Origin: Dehalococcoidia bacterium
GTDB taxonomy: Bacteria > Chloroflexota > Dehalococcoidia > Plut-88900
Length of the DNA stretch: 64,000 nucleotides
Reading direction: 5' to 3'
NCBI GenBank assembly: GCA_965249275.1
Contig: CBDFLQ010000005.1
Span: 323,030 to 387,029 of the forward strand
Part shown: positions 8,895-19,231 of the stretch, piece by piece
How positions within the stretch are numbered: position 1 is the first letter of the stretch
Layout: each line of letters begins with the position of its first letter
The notes under the pieces: model-generated
Database searches by the model: none
Seen by the model: the letters and a program-made list of their open reading frames with translations, nothing else
Told to the model about the DNA's origin: nothing
Translations under genes and position numbers: made by a program

Positions 8895-9860
8895 TTGGAG
8901 GAGGCCTTTGCTTTGACGGAACCCTTAGATATAGCGCGTAAAATCCAAGAAAACGTTGAGAAGGTCATTATCGGGAAGACGGCGGCGGTCCGCCTGGCGC
9001 TGATCGCGCTGATGTGCAACGGGCATATATTGATCGAGGACGTGCCGGGGGTGGGGAAGACGATGCTGGCGAAAAGCCTGGCAAAGAGCGTCGGGTGCAG
9101 CTTCAAGAGGATCCAGTTCACCCCCGACCTGCTCCCCTCCGACATCACGGGCGTCTCGATATACAACCAGAAGACAGAGACGTTCCAGTTCATGCCCGGT
9201 CCCCTGATTGCCCAGGTAGTGCTGGCCGACGAGATAAATCGGGCCACGCCGAAGGCTCAGTCGGCGCTGCTGGAGAGCATGGAGGAGATGCAGATCACCG
9301 TGGATGGCGTTTCCCACATCTTGCCCAGGCCGTTCCTGGTGATGGCCACGGAGAACCCGCTGGAATACGAAGGCACCTTCCCGCTTCCGCAGGGGCAGAT
9401 GGACAGGTTCCTGATGCGGATCAGCCCAGGGTACCCGACCGCGGCACAGGAGCTTTCGATCATCGACAATCAGAGGTTTATACACCCTATAGAGACCATC
9501 TCGGCGGTAAGCACCCCGGAAGAGATAATCACGCTGCAGGACGAGGTGCGAAAAGTCCATGTGGACCTCAGTTTGAAGAGGTACATAGTTTCGATAGTGG
9601 ACGCGACCCGGCACGATCGGGACGTGTACCTGGGGGTGTCGCCGCGGGGGTCTTTGGGGCTGTTCCGGTCGTCGCAGGCGAAGGCATTCCTGGAGGGCCG
9701 GGACTACGTTCTGCCGGATGACATCAAAGAGCTGAGCAAACCCGTGCTGGCACACCGTCTTATCACGAACCCCGGGGCCCGGTCCAGGGACATCACCGGG
9801 GCATCGTCCGTGGCGAAGATACTGGAGTCGGTGCCTATACCGGGCGTAAAGGTCGGGTGA
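8895..9860 (+). CDS. MoxR-family AAA+ ATPase
   Basis: 321 aa. Walker A EDVPGVGKT and Walker B-like ADEINR. TTG start. First gene of a MoxR-DUF58-transglutaminase operon. Confidence 0.9.
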   Translation: MEEAFALTEPLDIARKIQENVEKVIIGKTAAVRLALIALMCNGHILIEDVPGVGKTMLAKSLAKSVGCSFKRIQFTPDLLPSDITGVSIYNQKTETFQFMPGPLIAQVVLADEINRATPKAQSALLESMEEMQITVDGVSHILPRPFLVMATENPLEYEGTFPLPQGQMDRFLMRISPGYPTAAQELSIIDNQRFIHPIETISAVSTPEEIITLQDEVRKVHVDLSLKRYIVSIVDATRHDRDVYLGVSPRGSLGLFRSSQAKAFLEGRDYVLPDDIKELSKPVLAHRLITNPGARSRDITGASSVAKILESVPIPGVKVG

Positions 9861-9906
9861 GGGGCGCCTTTCGGACGCCCATCCAGGTCGTTCTCAAAGG
9901 ACTTCC

Positions 9907-11151
9907 GTGAAGTTCAACCGCAAACTGCCCGCCATGACCCGGCTGCGGGTCGTCATTATCCTGATCACCATCATCACTCTGATGGCGGTGTCCACCAACT
10001 ACGGCCTCTACTACAAGATGTCCTACATCCTGGCCCTGCTCCTGGTCCTAAGCTACGGTTGGACTTGGCTGAACGGGAAGTGGGTGACCGTTACCGTAAA
10101 GAGGAACGTGGTTGCCGCGCGGGCGGGGGAGTGGCTGGAGGAACAACTGACGATAACCAACCGCTCGCGAGTTGTCCCGGTGGTCTGGATGGAGGTGGAC
10201 GAGAAGAGCGACATGCCGGAGCACGGTGGAGAGATGGTAATCAGTCTTCCCAGCGCGAGATTCGGGCAGTGGAGCCTCTGGACACACTGCACGCAGAGGG
10301 GCAAGTACCAGCTCGGGCCCCTAGCCGTAATCAGCAGCGACCCCTTGGGCCTGTTCCAGAAGAGCCGATGGTTCGGGAAACCGCAACCCTTTACCGTTTA
10401 CCCGTCCCTGGTCAGCCTGCCCAGTTTTGCGCTGCCGTCCAGCGACCTGCCGGGCGACTCCACATCCCGGCAGCATACGCAGGTGGTCACGCCAGCCGCG
10501 TCGGGCATTCGGGAGTACATGCCCGGCGACAGCTACAGCCGGGTGCACTGGAGAAGCACGGCACGAACCGGAAAGCTGATGGTCAAAGAGTTCGAGCAGG
10601 AGGAGTCGGCGAAGGTGTGGATCGTGTTGGACATGGAGGAAAGAGTGCACCGGGGCTCGGGGCCGGAGAGCAGCGAGGAGTACGCGGTCACGGCGGCAGC
10701 CTCAATAGCCGACAAGTACCTTCAGAGGGGACTGCCCGTGGGAATAACCGCGGTTGGCAACATCAAGCTGAACCTTGCTCCCAAGCCGGGAGTCAACCAG
10801 TTCGACCTGATAATGGACGGCCTGGCGGAGATCAAGGCCGAGGGGAAAGTGCCCCTTGCCGACGTGCTTAGAGACAGCGAAACCGTCTTCAATCGATACT
10901 GTACGCTGGTCATAGTGGCGCCGGGGCCGGAGGAGGAGTGGATGGGAACGGTGCAGCGGTTGTCACAGAAGAGGATACAGTCGGCGGTGGTGGTGCTGGA
11001 CATCGAGAGCTTCGGGAGTGGGGTGAACGGGACAGCCAAATTGGCGGGCGGTGGACCTCTGGCCGGGGGGCAGATCCCAACATGCGTGTTGGCGATGGGA
11101 GAAGACTTGAGCGAAGCGCTGGCGATGGACTACGTGGGAAAGGCGGTGTGA
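9907..11151 (+). CDS. DUF58 (vWA-like) domain protein
   Basis: 414 aa. N-terminal TM helices. REYMPGDSYSRVHWRSTARTGKLMVKEFE is the DUF58 signature. Confidence 0.85.
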   Translation: MKFNRKLPAMTRLRVVIILITIITLMAVSTNYGLYYKMSYILALLLVLSYGWTWLNGKWVTVTVKRNVVAARAGEWLEEQLTITNRSRVVPVVWMEVDEKSDMPEHGGEMVISLPSARFGQWSLWTHCTQRGKYQLGPLAVISSDPLGLFQKSRWFGKPQPFTVYPSLVSLPSFALPSSDLPGDSTSRQHTQVVTPAASGIREYMPGDSYSRVHWRSTARTGKLMVKEFEQEESAKVWIVLDMEERVHRGSGPESSEEYAVTAAASIADKYLQRGLPVGITAVGNIKLNLAPKPGVNQFDLIMDGLAEIKAEGKVPLADVLRDSETVFNRYCTLVIVAPGPEEEWMGTVQRLSQKRIQSAVVVLDIESFGSGVNGTAKLAGGGPLAGGQIPTCVLAMGEDLSEALAMDYVGKAV

Positions 11152-11401
11152 GGGATTTGGTGAAGCGCATATGTTGTTTTCCCTCAAGGATCACCCTCAC
11201 CTCTTCGACAGGCTCAGGGCAGGCTCTAGCCCTCTCACGCCTTGGCGCATCTACGACCCGTCGAGGGAGAGGGGACAGGACGCCCCCCGCTCGACCCTTC
11301 GACCCTGCTTCGGCCTCTGCGGATCCTCCTCAGGCGGATGTTCCATCTTCGACAGCACGAGCGGCCCCACGCACCGCGGAATGGATTGAGAAGGGTAGCG
11401 A

Positions 11402-13885
11402 ATGGCAGTAGCGGCGCCTAATCTGAAGAAGCACACCCCGGACTTCGAGCCTCTGGGTGGCCTGCCGCGCTCGCAGTACGGGCCCAAGGAGGGGTGGCTT
11501 ACCTTCGTCATAGTGCTGCTGCTGGTGCTGTCGGTGGTTTGGTCGGTGGAGACGGCCCACTGGCTGGATGGGATGCCTTCTTACAGCATGACGTCGATTA
11601 TTGCGGTGCTCACAGGGATGCTGCTTGCCAAGATAAAAACACGGGCAATATTCCTGCACGGGGGCAGCATCCTGTTCGCATACGTTTTGATGGTCTGGCA
11701 GACACGGTATCTGACTCCGGACGGGTGGTTCATAGCCAAGACCAGCGACATGGTGAGCAGGTTCCAGGTATGGGTGACGGCGGCGGAGTCGGGGGGGATA
11801 AGCGCGGACCCATTGCCCTTCGTGATCATCGTATTCATATTCACATGGATTGTCACTTACGTGGCGTCGTGGTTCGTGTTCCGGTCGCTGAGGTTCTGGC
11901 CGGCGGTAATCCCTGCAGGTCTCGCGCTGTTTCTGAACCTGCTCTACCTCCCCGAGAAGTTCTGGGTGTTCTTCTACATGTTCATCCTGATGGTGATCCT
12001 GCTTTCCATGAGGATGTACTTTCTGCGAAAGAGGGCGGCGTGGGACCGGAAGGAGGTGCCCTACGTCAGGGGCATTTCGCCGGCGTTCGGGTTCACGACG
12101 CTGCTGCTGGCAGGGGTGATGATGCTGTCCGTGGTGCTGGTGCCTCGCACGGACTTCGGGCCCGACGTTATGAAGAAGGGCTGGACGGTCATGAGCATCC
12201 CGTGGAAGGCCATGGAGACCGAGCTAGGCAGGGTCTTGTCCTTCTTACCGGCACAGATACCATATACGATCCACAAGTTCGGGGATGCGTTCCCGTTCAG
12301 GGGGGCGAGCAATCTCGGTGACCACGTGGTGATGCAGATATCGTCGGACCAGCCGGCTTACTGGAGAGCAGCGACCTTCGACGTCTACACGCCAAAGGGG
12401 TGGCTGACGGGAGAGAGGGTCGACCTAAACAAGGCATTCCTGCCGGGAGAGGACGAGGAGATAGCCGTCTACAGCGGAACGGAGCTTTTCGAGCAGTCGG
12501 TGGAGATGGGTGTTAGCTCGGATGCGATCTTTGCGGGCGCGAACCCGCTGCACGCTAATCGGAGGTTCGAGATAGAGATCTCGCCGCCTATGACGTTCGA
12601 GATAAACCTGTCCGAGCCGACGGACTTCGAGGCATTTCCTGAAGAGCTGAGGCTCGTGGCCCGGGCCATAAGGGCGGATGCCGAAAGTGGCACGCTCACC
12701 TTCACCAGGGCTCTGGAGGCAATGCCGGAGGATACGATAATCCAGGAGATCGTGCGGGACGGAAGCAGGGCCAGCAAGGTCATCCTGTCCCGGAAGCCGC
12801 CCAACCCACCCGACATCACGGCACTCCGTCCCCACAAAGACCTGAACCCCACCGACACTTATGACGCCATCTCCTACACCTCCACGGCGTCGGAGGAGGC
12901 GTTGATAGAAGCGGGAACGGACTACCCGTCCTGGGTGACGGACAGGTACCTGCAGCTGCCGGACGATTTGCCGCAGAGGGTGCGGGGACTGGCGGAGGGG
13001 CTGACGGACAACAGGGACAATCCCTACGACAAGGCGATAGCGATCAGGAACTGGCTGAGGATCATACCGTTCTACACGACGGACATAGAAGCGCCACCGG
13101 AAGAAGCGGACGGAGTGGACTACTTCCTGTTCGAGACCAAGAGGGGGTACAGCAGCTATTTCTCGTCGTCGATGGTGGTGATGTTGAGGGCGGTTGGGAT
13201 ACCTTCACGGTTGGCGGTGGGGTACTCGACGGGCGGGTGGGACGATGAGACGAGCCGATACGTAGTAATCAGCGCCAACGCCCACTCGTGGCCCGAGGCT
13301 TACTTCCCGGACTATGGGTGGATCGCCTTCGAACCCGTCCCTCAGAACGACGTGATAATACGCGGTGGGTTCATCAAGGGAGATGAAGAGGAAGGCATCG
13401 AAGACGTGGCCCGTTTGATGCAGGGCGGCGACCCGCCGGGCGTGGGACAGGACAACCTCAGCCCCGTTGGAAGGCTATCTCTGGGGCCGATTCCGGGCTG
13501 GGGAATTGTGGCAGTCGTCTCTGTAATAGCCGGGGTGGCGCTAGTTTTCCTAACCCTAATCGTGTGGTTGGCGTACGGACTTAGAAAACTGGGGGTTTCG
13601 GCGCAGGTCTACGGGAAGATGGCAAGGATGGCGAGACTTGCGGGTCACGGGCCACGGGCCACGGACACACCAAGGGAGTTCGCGTTGAACCTGGCGGTGG
13701 CAATGGACTCAGTGGACGGCCACATCGAACGGATTGGTGAGGCGTATGGGGCTCGGAATTACAGGTCGACACCACTGTCGGAGAGCGAACGGGAGTCGTT
13801 GGCCGGGGACTGGGACGCACTGCGACGGCAGCTATTCATCTGGTCCATCAAACGCAGGCTGACCGGTTGGAGAAACAGAGAATGA
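11402..13885 (+). CDS. Transglutaminase-like membrane protein (TgpA-type)
   Basis: 827 aa. Multiple N-terminal TM helices. Transglutaminase core region (GYSSYFSSSMVVMLRAVGIPSRLAVGY...NAHSWPEAYF...GWIAFEP). C-terminal TM helix plus a DUF4129-like tail. Confidence 0.85.
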   Translation: MAVAAPNLKKHTPDFEPLGGLPRSQYGPKEGWLTFVIVLLLVLSVVWSVETAHWLDGMPSYSMTSIIAVLTGMLLAKIKTRAIFLHGGSILFAYVLMVWQTRYLTPDGWFIAKTSDMVSRFQVWVTAAESGGISADPLPFVIIVFIFTWIVTYVASWFVFRSLRFWPAVIPAGLALFLNLLYLPEKFWVFFYMFILMVILLSMRMYFLRKRAAWDRKEVPYVRGISPAFGFTTLLLAGVMMLSVVLVPRTDFGPDVMKKGWTVMSIPWKAMETELGRVLSFLPAQIPYTIHKFGDAFPFRGASNLGDHVVMQISSDQPAYWRAATFDVYTPKGWLTGERVDLNKAFLPGEDEEIAVYSGTELFEQSVEMGVSSDAIFAGANPLHANRRFEIEISPPMTFEINLSEPTDFEAFPEELRLVARAIRADAESGTLTFTRALEAMPEDTIIQEIVRDGSRASKVILSRKPPNPPDITALRPHKDLNPTDTYDAISYTSTASEEALIEAGTDYPSWVTDRYLQLPDDLPQRVRGLAEGLTDNRDNPYDKAIAIRNWLRIIPFYTTDIEAPPEEADGVDYFLFETKRGYSSYFSSSMVVMLRAVGIPSRLAVGYSTGGWDDETSRYVVISANAHSWPEAYFPDYGWIAFEPVPQNDVIIRGGFIKGDEEEGIEDVARLMQGGDPPGVGQDNLSPVGRLSLGPIPGWGIVAVVSVIAGVALVFLTLIVWLAYGLRKLGVSAQVYGKMARMARLAGHGPRATDTPREFALNLAVAMDSVDGHIERIGEAYGARNYRSTPLSESERESLAGDWDALRRQLFIWSIKRRLTGWRNRE

Positions 13886-14394
13886 AGTACGCAGTCTTAG
13901 AGACGCCGATGGGGTGGATGGGGGTGGTGGCCTCGGAGGCGGGGGTGCGGAGACTAACGATTCCGCTGCCGACACCCGACGAGGCCATGAGCGATATCCA
14001 GCACGATCTTGGCGGTGCGGAGCTCGACAACGACTATTTCATCGAATTGGAAGAGAAGCTGCAACGGCTCTTCTCCGGGGAAGACGTACTCGTGGAAGAT
14101 GCAGACCTGGACCTGCCCCAGGCCCCTGAGTTCACCCGGGCCGTTTGGAAGGCCACTAGGGAAATCCCTCACGGGGAGACGCGCAGCTATGGCGACCTGG
14201 CAGCGGCGGTGGGACGGCCGCGAGGGGCTAGGGCGGTGGGGCAGGTGATGGCGTCCAACCCCGTGGCGGTATTGATCCCGTGCCACCGAGTCATCGCCAG
14301 CGACCGGGGGCTGGGTGGATACGGCGGCCACATCGAGATGAAGAAGCGGCTCCTGAGACTGGAGGGGGCTGAAGGGGTGCGGGGCCTTTCCTGA
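13882..14394 (+). CDS. ogt: Methylated-DNA--protein-cysteine methyltransferase
   Basis: PCHRVI active-site motif. ATG at 13882 overlaps the upstream stop (ATGA). The ORF track offers a TTG at 13867. Confidence 0.9.
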   Translation: MKYAVLETPMGWMGVVASEAGVRRLTIPLPTPDEAMSDIQHDLGGAELDNDYFIELEEKLQRLFSGEDVLVEDADLDLPQAPEFTRAVWKATREIPHGETRSYGDLAAAVGRPRGARAVGQVMASNPVAVLIPCHRVIASDRGLGGYGGHIEMKKRLLRLEGAEGVRGLS

Positions 14395-14410
14395 GCATCC
14401 TCTACAACTC

Positions 14411-16411
14411 GTGACTACTACACCAGGTCCCAATCCCGCGGACATCCAACCGCACTTTCCACTGCTGTTCAGCCCCATAAAGGTGGGAGGTCTCACACTC
14501 CGCGGCAGGATAGTGAACACGGCCCATGGGACGGGGTTCACAAAAGACCACCTCTTCACCGACCAGCACGTGCATTACTACGCGGAGCGGGCTCGGGGCG
14601 GGGCGGCGATGATTATCACTGAGAGCGCCTCGATACACCCAACGAGCAACATCGGGACTCAGGACACGCTCTGGGGATTCGAACGGGCCATCATCCCGTC
14701 CTATCGGAAGATTGCGGAAGCGGTGCACCAGCATGGGGCAAAGGTGGTAGTGCAGCTTAGCCACCAGGGCCGGCAGGGAGGCTCTGTAGAAGGGTTGCCG
14801 AGGTGGGCGCCGTCCCCGGTCGCGTCTCGAGAGTCGAGCTACGGCAACAACGAAGTCCCCCACGAAATGGACTCTTCGGAGATAGAGGAGTTGGTGAGGG
14901 CCTTCGCCCTATGTGCGGCATTCGCGGAGGAGGGCGGGTTTGACGGTGTGGAGCTTCACGGGGCGCACGGTAACCTGATCCACCAGTTCCTTTCGCCACT
15001 GACGAATCATCGGACGGACGAGTATGGGGGCGGGCTGGACAACAGACTCCGGTTTGCGCTGGAAGTCTTCAGGGCGGTGCGGGGAAGGGTGGGGCGGGGG
15101 TTCGTAGTCGGGATGCGGATAAGCGGTGACGAGTTCGTGGACGGGGGACTGGACCTGAGGCAGATGAAGGAGGCGGCAAGGCGGCTGACGGCGGAAGGGC
15201 AGGTGGACTACCTGAACGTGAGCAACAGCACCTATTCCGACCTGGGAAGCATGGCGAACCACATGCCGTCCATGTACTACCGACCAGCGCCGTTTGCCCA
15301 CCTCTGGGAAGGAATAAAGAACTCGGTGAGCGTTCCAGTGCTGGGTATGGGTCGGATAAACACCCCCGGGCTGGCGGAAAAGCTGCTTTCGGAGGGTAAG
15401 ACCGACCTGATCGGAATGGTCAGGGAGCTCATCGCCGATCCCCGGCTGCCGGAGAAGGCTATGGCTGGAGCGGTGGAGAAGATCAGACCGTGCATCGGGT
15501 GTATGCAGAGCTGCATTGGGCGGAGGACTAAGGGGAACTACATCACCTGCATCCACAACCCGGTCACGGGCAGGGAGTGGAAGTGGGGCGAGATATCGCC
15601 TGCGGCGGTGATCAAGTCGGTGCTGGTGGTGGGTGGGGGGCCGGGAGGACTGGAAGCGGCGACGGTGTCGGCGCGGCGTGGGCATCGGGTGACGTTGGTC
15701 GAGAAGAGTTCTCGGCTGGGGGGTCAGGCGCTAACCGCCTCCCGTGGCCCGATGCGAACCCAATTCGGAGAAATAGCCACGTTCGGAGAGGCCGAGGCCC
15801 GAAGGGCGGGGGTGGATATACGGCTGGATACGGAGGCAACGGTGGAGTCGGTGCTCGAATTCGGGGCCGACGTTGTGGTGGTGGCGACCGGGGCAGAGAC
15901 GTACTTGGGAATGGAAGATTCGGCATCGGGGCCTGTTCTGATGACGTCTAACGAAGTGCTCGATGGAGACGTACCGCACAACCGCAACGTGCTGGTGGTC
16001 GATACCCAGGGCATGCATCCCGGGAGCGATGTTTCGGAGTTGCTGCTGGACCACGGGAACAAGGTCGAGATGGCGACCACGGCTCCCTACGCGGGCTCTA
16101 ACCTCCAGCCGATGGTGTGGCGGGTAATTTATGAACGGCTGCTGTACAAGAGCCTTGAGGTGTCGGCGTTTACGGAGGTGGTGGGGCTTGGGGAGGGGTC
16201 GGTGACATTGAGGAATACTGTCACGGGGCAGGAGGAGAGTCGGGATGGGGTGGATGTGGTGGTGTTCGCCGACAACCGGCGGGCGGTCGATGGGCTGTAC
16301 AAGGGGCTGAAGGGTCGGGTGGCGGAGCTATATGCAGTCGGGGACTGCCTGGCTCCGCGTACTGTTGAGCAGGCAATGTACGAAGGGCACGAGGTGGGTC
16401 GGGGGATTTGA
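14411..16411 (+). CDS. NADH:flavin oxidoreductase / 2,4-dienoyl-CoA reductase-like (OYE + 4Fe-4S + FAD/NAD domains)
   Basis: 666 aa. N-terminal OYE TIM-barrel motifs, the Cys cluster RPCIGCMQSCIGR, then the VVGGGPGGLEAA dinucleotide fold. Confidence 0.85.
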   Translation: MTTTPGPNPADIQPHFPLLFSPIKVGGLTLRGRIVNTAHGTGFTKDHLFTDQHVHYYAERARGGAAMIITESASIHPTSNIGTQDTLWGFERAIIPSYRKIAEAVHQHGAKVVVQLSHQGRQGGSVEGLPRWAPSPVASRESSYGNNEVPHEMDSSEIEELVRAFALCAAFAEEGGFDGVELHGAHGNLIHQFLSPLTNHRTDEYGGGLDNRLRFALEVFRAVRGRVGRGFVVGMRISGDEFVDGGLDLRQMKEAARRLTAEGQVDYLNVSNSTYSDLGSMANHMPSMYYRPAPFAHLWEGIKNSVSVPVLGMGRINTPGLAEKLLSEGKTDLIGMVRELIADPRLPEKAMAGAVEKIRPCIGCMQSCIGRRTKGNYITCIHNPVTGREWKWGEISPAAVIKSVLVVGGGPGGLEAATVSARRGHRVTLVEKSSRLGGQALTASRGPMRTQFGEIATFGEAEARRAGVDIRLDTEATVESVLEFGADVVVVATGAETYLGMEDSASGPVLMTSNEVLDGDVPHNRNVLVVDTQGMHPGSDVSELLLDHGNKVEMATTAPYAGSNLQPMVWRVIYERLLYKSLEVSAFTEVVGLGEGSVTLRNTVTGQEESRDGVDVVVFADNRRAVDGLYKGLKGRVAELYAVGDCLAPRTVEQAMYEGHEVGRGI

Positions 16412-16447
16412 GGTGGGTGGGGATGGGTTGCGCCCCACCACCCCACT

Positions 16448-16572
16448 GGGGGAACCCTCACCCCCTTGGTCCCCCTCTCCCTTAGGGCCTTCAAGGGAGA
16501 GGGGGAAAGAAGAATAGGGGCATGCATATGCGCTTTAGCGCATATGCATGCCCCTAATTCAGTACCGGGGGA
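16448..16572. repeat. Two-hairpin interspersed element (family D), copy 2
   Basis: Same flanks and first hairpin as 8598..8713. The second stem (16516-16555) has a different sequence but is again perfect. Begins ~37 nt after the stop of the FadH-like gene. Confidence 0.7.
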
Positions 16573-16825
16573 GGGGAAAAGGAGGAGAGATTGGGGATTG
16601 GGCGATGTTGTGGGGCCTAGTTCGGTGCAGGTGGGGAGGGGAAAGGAAGAGAGGTTGGGGTTGGCGAATGTTATGTGGCTAGTTCGGTGCGGGGAAGGGG
16701 GAAAGGAAGAGGGGTTGGGGGTTGGGCGTCGCTATGTGGTCAATTCAGTACGGGGGAGGAGGGAAAAGGGGCGAGGTTGGGGATTTGGTGATGTTGTGTG
16801 GACTAGTACGAGAGGGAGGGGATGG
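16555..16825. repeat. Degenerate tandem repeat, ~62-63 bp unit, ~4.3 copies
   Basis: Unit starts at 16555, 16618, 16680, ~16742 and 16804. Consensus TARTTCRGTRC..GGGGRAGGGGAAARGRAGAG.TTGGGG.T.GG.G.TGTT.TGTGG. G-rich on the + strand. Confidence 0.8.
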
Positions 16826-16951
16826 ATTCACGACTCGGCGCACGCTAAAGGCGCATCCTCCCAAGGCGGACGTTCCGCTTGCAGCATCTTTGTCCGGCTC
16901 GGGGGGCGGGATGACGAGGGGAAGGCAGATAGGTGATGGGGCAAGTCCTAG

Positions 16952-18147
16952 GGAAGCTCTGAACAACTCACTGTAAACCAGCTTAGGTTGTCTTGCATGG
17001 AGTTTTGGGGAGAGGTTGGGTCGTAATGTTGCGTCTCGGTGGCTTATTTGCATCCTATGTTCTGGCCTGTCAGGGCATCCAGTCACCATCGACCCGGATT
17101 TGACCACACTGCTCCTCCGTCACACCGCTAAGTGGCGCTCGGCCCTTACCAAGTTGGCCAGCCCCAGCAGCATCGCCACCCGTTGCGTGTTCTTGTACAA
17201 GCCCCTGTAGCGGACCTTGGCGTAGCCGAAGTGCCGTTTCACGTACAGGAACGGATGCTCCACCTTAGCCCTGATGGATGATTTGCTCTTCTCCGCTAAG
17301 GCCTCGCAGCTCCCCGCCCTCAGTTTCCGACGCCGTCCAGGTCTCATCGCCACCCGCCACTCCACATCCATATCCCGATTCTCCGCCCGCTTCTCCACTC
17401 CCTGATATCCCGCATCTCCCCACACTCGCCTCTCCCCTCCATGCAGCAGCCGGTGCGCCTCCGTCACGTCATGCACGTTCGCAGCTGTCGTACTCATACT
17501 GTGCACCACCCCCGTGTCAGCGTCTGCACCAATGTGCACTTTCATACCGAAGTGCCACTCCTTCCCCTTCTTCACTTGGTGCATATCGGGGTCTCGCTCT
17601 CCAGCACGGTTCTTCGTAGACGCCGGCGCCTCGATGATGCTCGCATCCACAATCGTACCCTCCCTGAGCCTCAGTCCCCGAGACTCCAGATGACGGTTGA
17701 TCTCCTCGAACAGCCCCCGACCCAACTCCTGCTCTTCCAGCAGATGGCGGAAGTTCAGTATCGTAGTCTCGTCAGGCAAGGGGCCGGACAGCCTCAGACC
17801 TGCGAACCGCCTCACCGACTCCACCTCGTAGAGCATGTCCTCCATGCCCGGATCGCTCAGGTTGTAGAACAGCTGCACGCAGTGTATCCGCAGCATCACC
17901 GACAACTCGTAGGGCCTCCGTCCACGGCCCGCCCTGGAATAGTAGGGCCGGATTCGCTCCTCTAACTTTCCCCATGGAACCAGGTCCTCCATCCGCTCCA
18001 GAAATATCTCCCGGCGGGTCTTTCGCTTCTTGCCCTCGTATTCCAAGTCTGCAAATGTCGGCTGCTCCATCAAATCTCACCTCAGCTTTGGCCTTACTCT
18101 CCCTATCTTACCTATTACCTATGCCCTTAGACTTGTTCAGAGGTTTC
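16952..18147 (-). mobile_element. IS5-family insertion sequence, copy 2 (inverted relative to copy 1)
   Basis: Same 1196-bp element, with CTAG at 16948-16951 and 18148-18151. The transposase protein is identical to copy 1. Confidence 0.9.
17120..18073 (-). CDS. IS5-family DDE transposase
   Basis: 317 aa, identical to 6793..7746. Confidence 0.95.
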   Translation of the reverse strand: MMEQPTFADLEYEGKKRKTRREIFLERMEDLVPWGKLEERIRPYYSRAGRGRRPYELSVMLRIHCVQLFYNLSDPGMEDMLYEVESVRRFAGLRLSGPLPDETTILNFRHLLEEQELGRGLFEEINRHLESRGLRLREGTIVDASIIEAPASTKNRAGERDPDMHQVKKGKEWHFGMKVHIGADADTGVVHSMSTTAANVHDVTEAHRLLHGGERRVWGDAGYQGVEKRAENRDMDVEWRVAMRPGRRRKLRAGSCEALAEKSKSSIRAKVEHPFLYVKRHFGYAKVRYRGLYKNTQRVAMLLGLANLVRAERHLAV

Positions 18148-18320
18148 CTAGATTCCTCGCGGAGCCTCGGAATGACAGTGTCGTTGGTGTGTCGACTGGA
18201 ATGGACGAGGTCGGGGGTAGAGCGTGGTACAGAGTATAGTCGGCGCCTTTGGGGAATCCGCTTGTGTACTGGTGATGGGCACTGTCGCATGAGGGGCGCT
18301 TGGTCGGATAGACTTCGCTT

Positions 18321-19196
18321 ATGAACGCTCTGCCCCTGGGGTTGATGTTGCTGTCCGCCTCTTTCCATGCGACGTGGAACCTGCTGCTAAAACGCTCCGA
18401 TAACCAGGAAGCGTTTGTGTGGGGGATAGTCGTTAGTGGAAGCGTGATGTTCGTGCCCTTGGGCATCGTTCTGTTCTGGCTCTACCCGATAGATCCTCCG
18501 GGATACTTGTTCGCGCTGGTTTCCACGGGGTTTCAGAGTTTCTATTTCGTAATGCTGGGGCGGGCCTACTCCCGAGGTGATCTCTCACTGATCTATCCCG
18601 TAGCCCGAGGCATTGGTCCCATGCTGGTCCCCGTTCTGGCAGTGCCATTGCTAGGGGAAAGAGTGGCGTGGCCTGCCGTAATGGGCATCGCCCTTATCGT
18701 CGGTGGCATATATGTCGTTTCCTGGTGGGGCCGATTCCGGCAGATCCTTGCCAGGCCGTCCAGGTTGTTGCGGGAACGGAGCGTCGGCTTTGCCGTGCTC
18801 GCGGGGATGGCGATCGCCGGTTACTCGCTGGTGGACAAGCGCGGCGTGGAGCACGTTCAACCTTTCCTCTATATGTACATGCAGACTATTGGGGGCGCTA
18901 TAGCCCTTGCTCCGTACGTAATCCGCAGGCATGGTCTGGCCTCGGTAAAACGGGAGTGGAGAACGAACACCAGGGCAGTTTTGGCAGCGGGTCTGCTGGT
19001 TTTTGTCGCCTACGGGCTAGCGTTGACGGCATTCTCCCTGGCGCAGGTCAGCTACATGGCTCCGGCTCGGGAGTCCGGAATAGTGATAGGGGTTCTATTG
19101 GGAGTCTTCGTGCTGAAGGAATCGTTTGGCAAAGGTCGACTACTGGGCTCGGGTTTCATTGTGGGGGGGTTGGCCTTGATTGCGCTGTCTCCTTAG
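18321..19196 (+). CDS. EamA/DMT-family transporter
   Basis: 291 aa, ~10 predicted TM helices with a duplicated 5-TM pattern typical of DMT permeases. Confidence 0.8.
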   Translation: MNALPLGLMLLSASFHATWNLLLKRSDNQEAFVWGIVVSGSVMFVPLGIVLFWLYPIDPPGYLFALVSTGFQSFYFVMLGRAYSRGDLSLIYPVARGIGPMLVPVLAVPLLGERVAWPAVMGIALIVGGIYVVSWWGRFRQILARPSRLLRERSVGFAVLAGMAIAGYSLVDKRGVEHVQPFLYMYMQTIGGAIALAPYVIRRHGLASVKREWRTNTRAVLAAGLLVFVAYGLALTAFSLAQVSYMAPARESGIVIGVLLGVFVLKESFGKGRLLGSGFIVGGLALIALSP

Positions 19197-19231
19197 GCTC
19201 GCGTCGGTGCGCCCTTGGGGAGGCCTTACGG

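Noticed and set aside
16555-16825. Possible CRISPR array
   Set aside because: The units are contiguous and degenerate, with no unique spacers and no cas genes nearby. It is a simple tandem repeat.
6719-18147. Composite IS5 transposon carrying the MoxR/TGase/ogt block
   Set aside because: Each IS has its own CTAG flanks and both halves of its own target repeat. The cargo is ordinary core metabolism. Independent insertions are the simpler explanation, although mobilisation cannot be strictly excluded.
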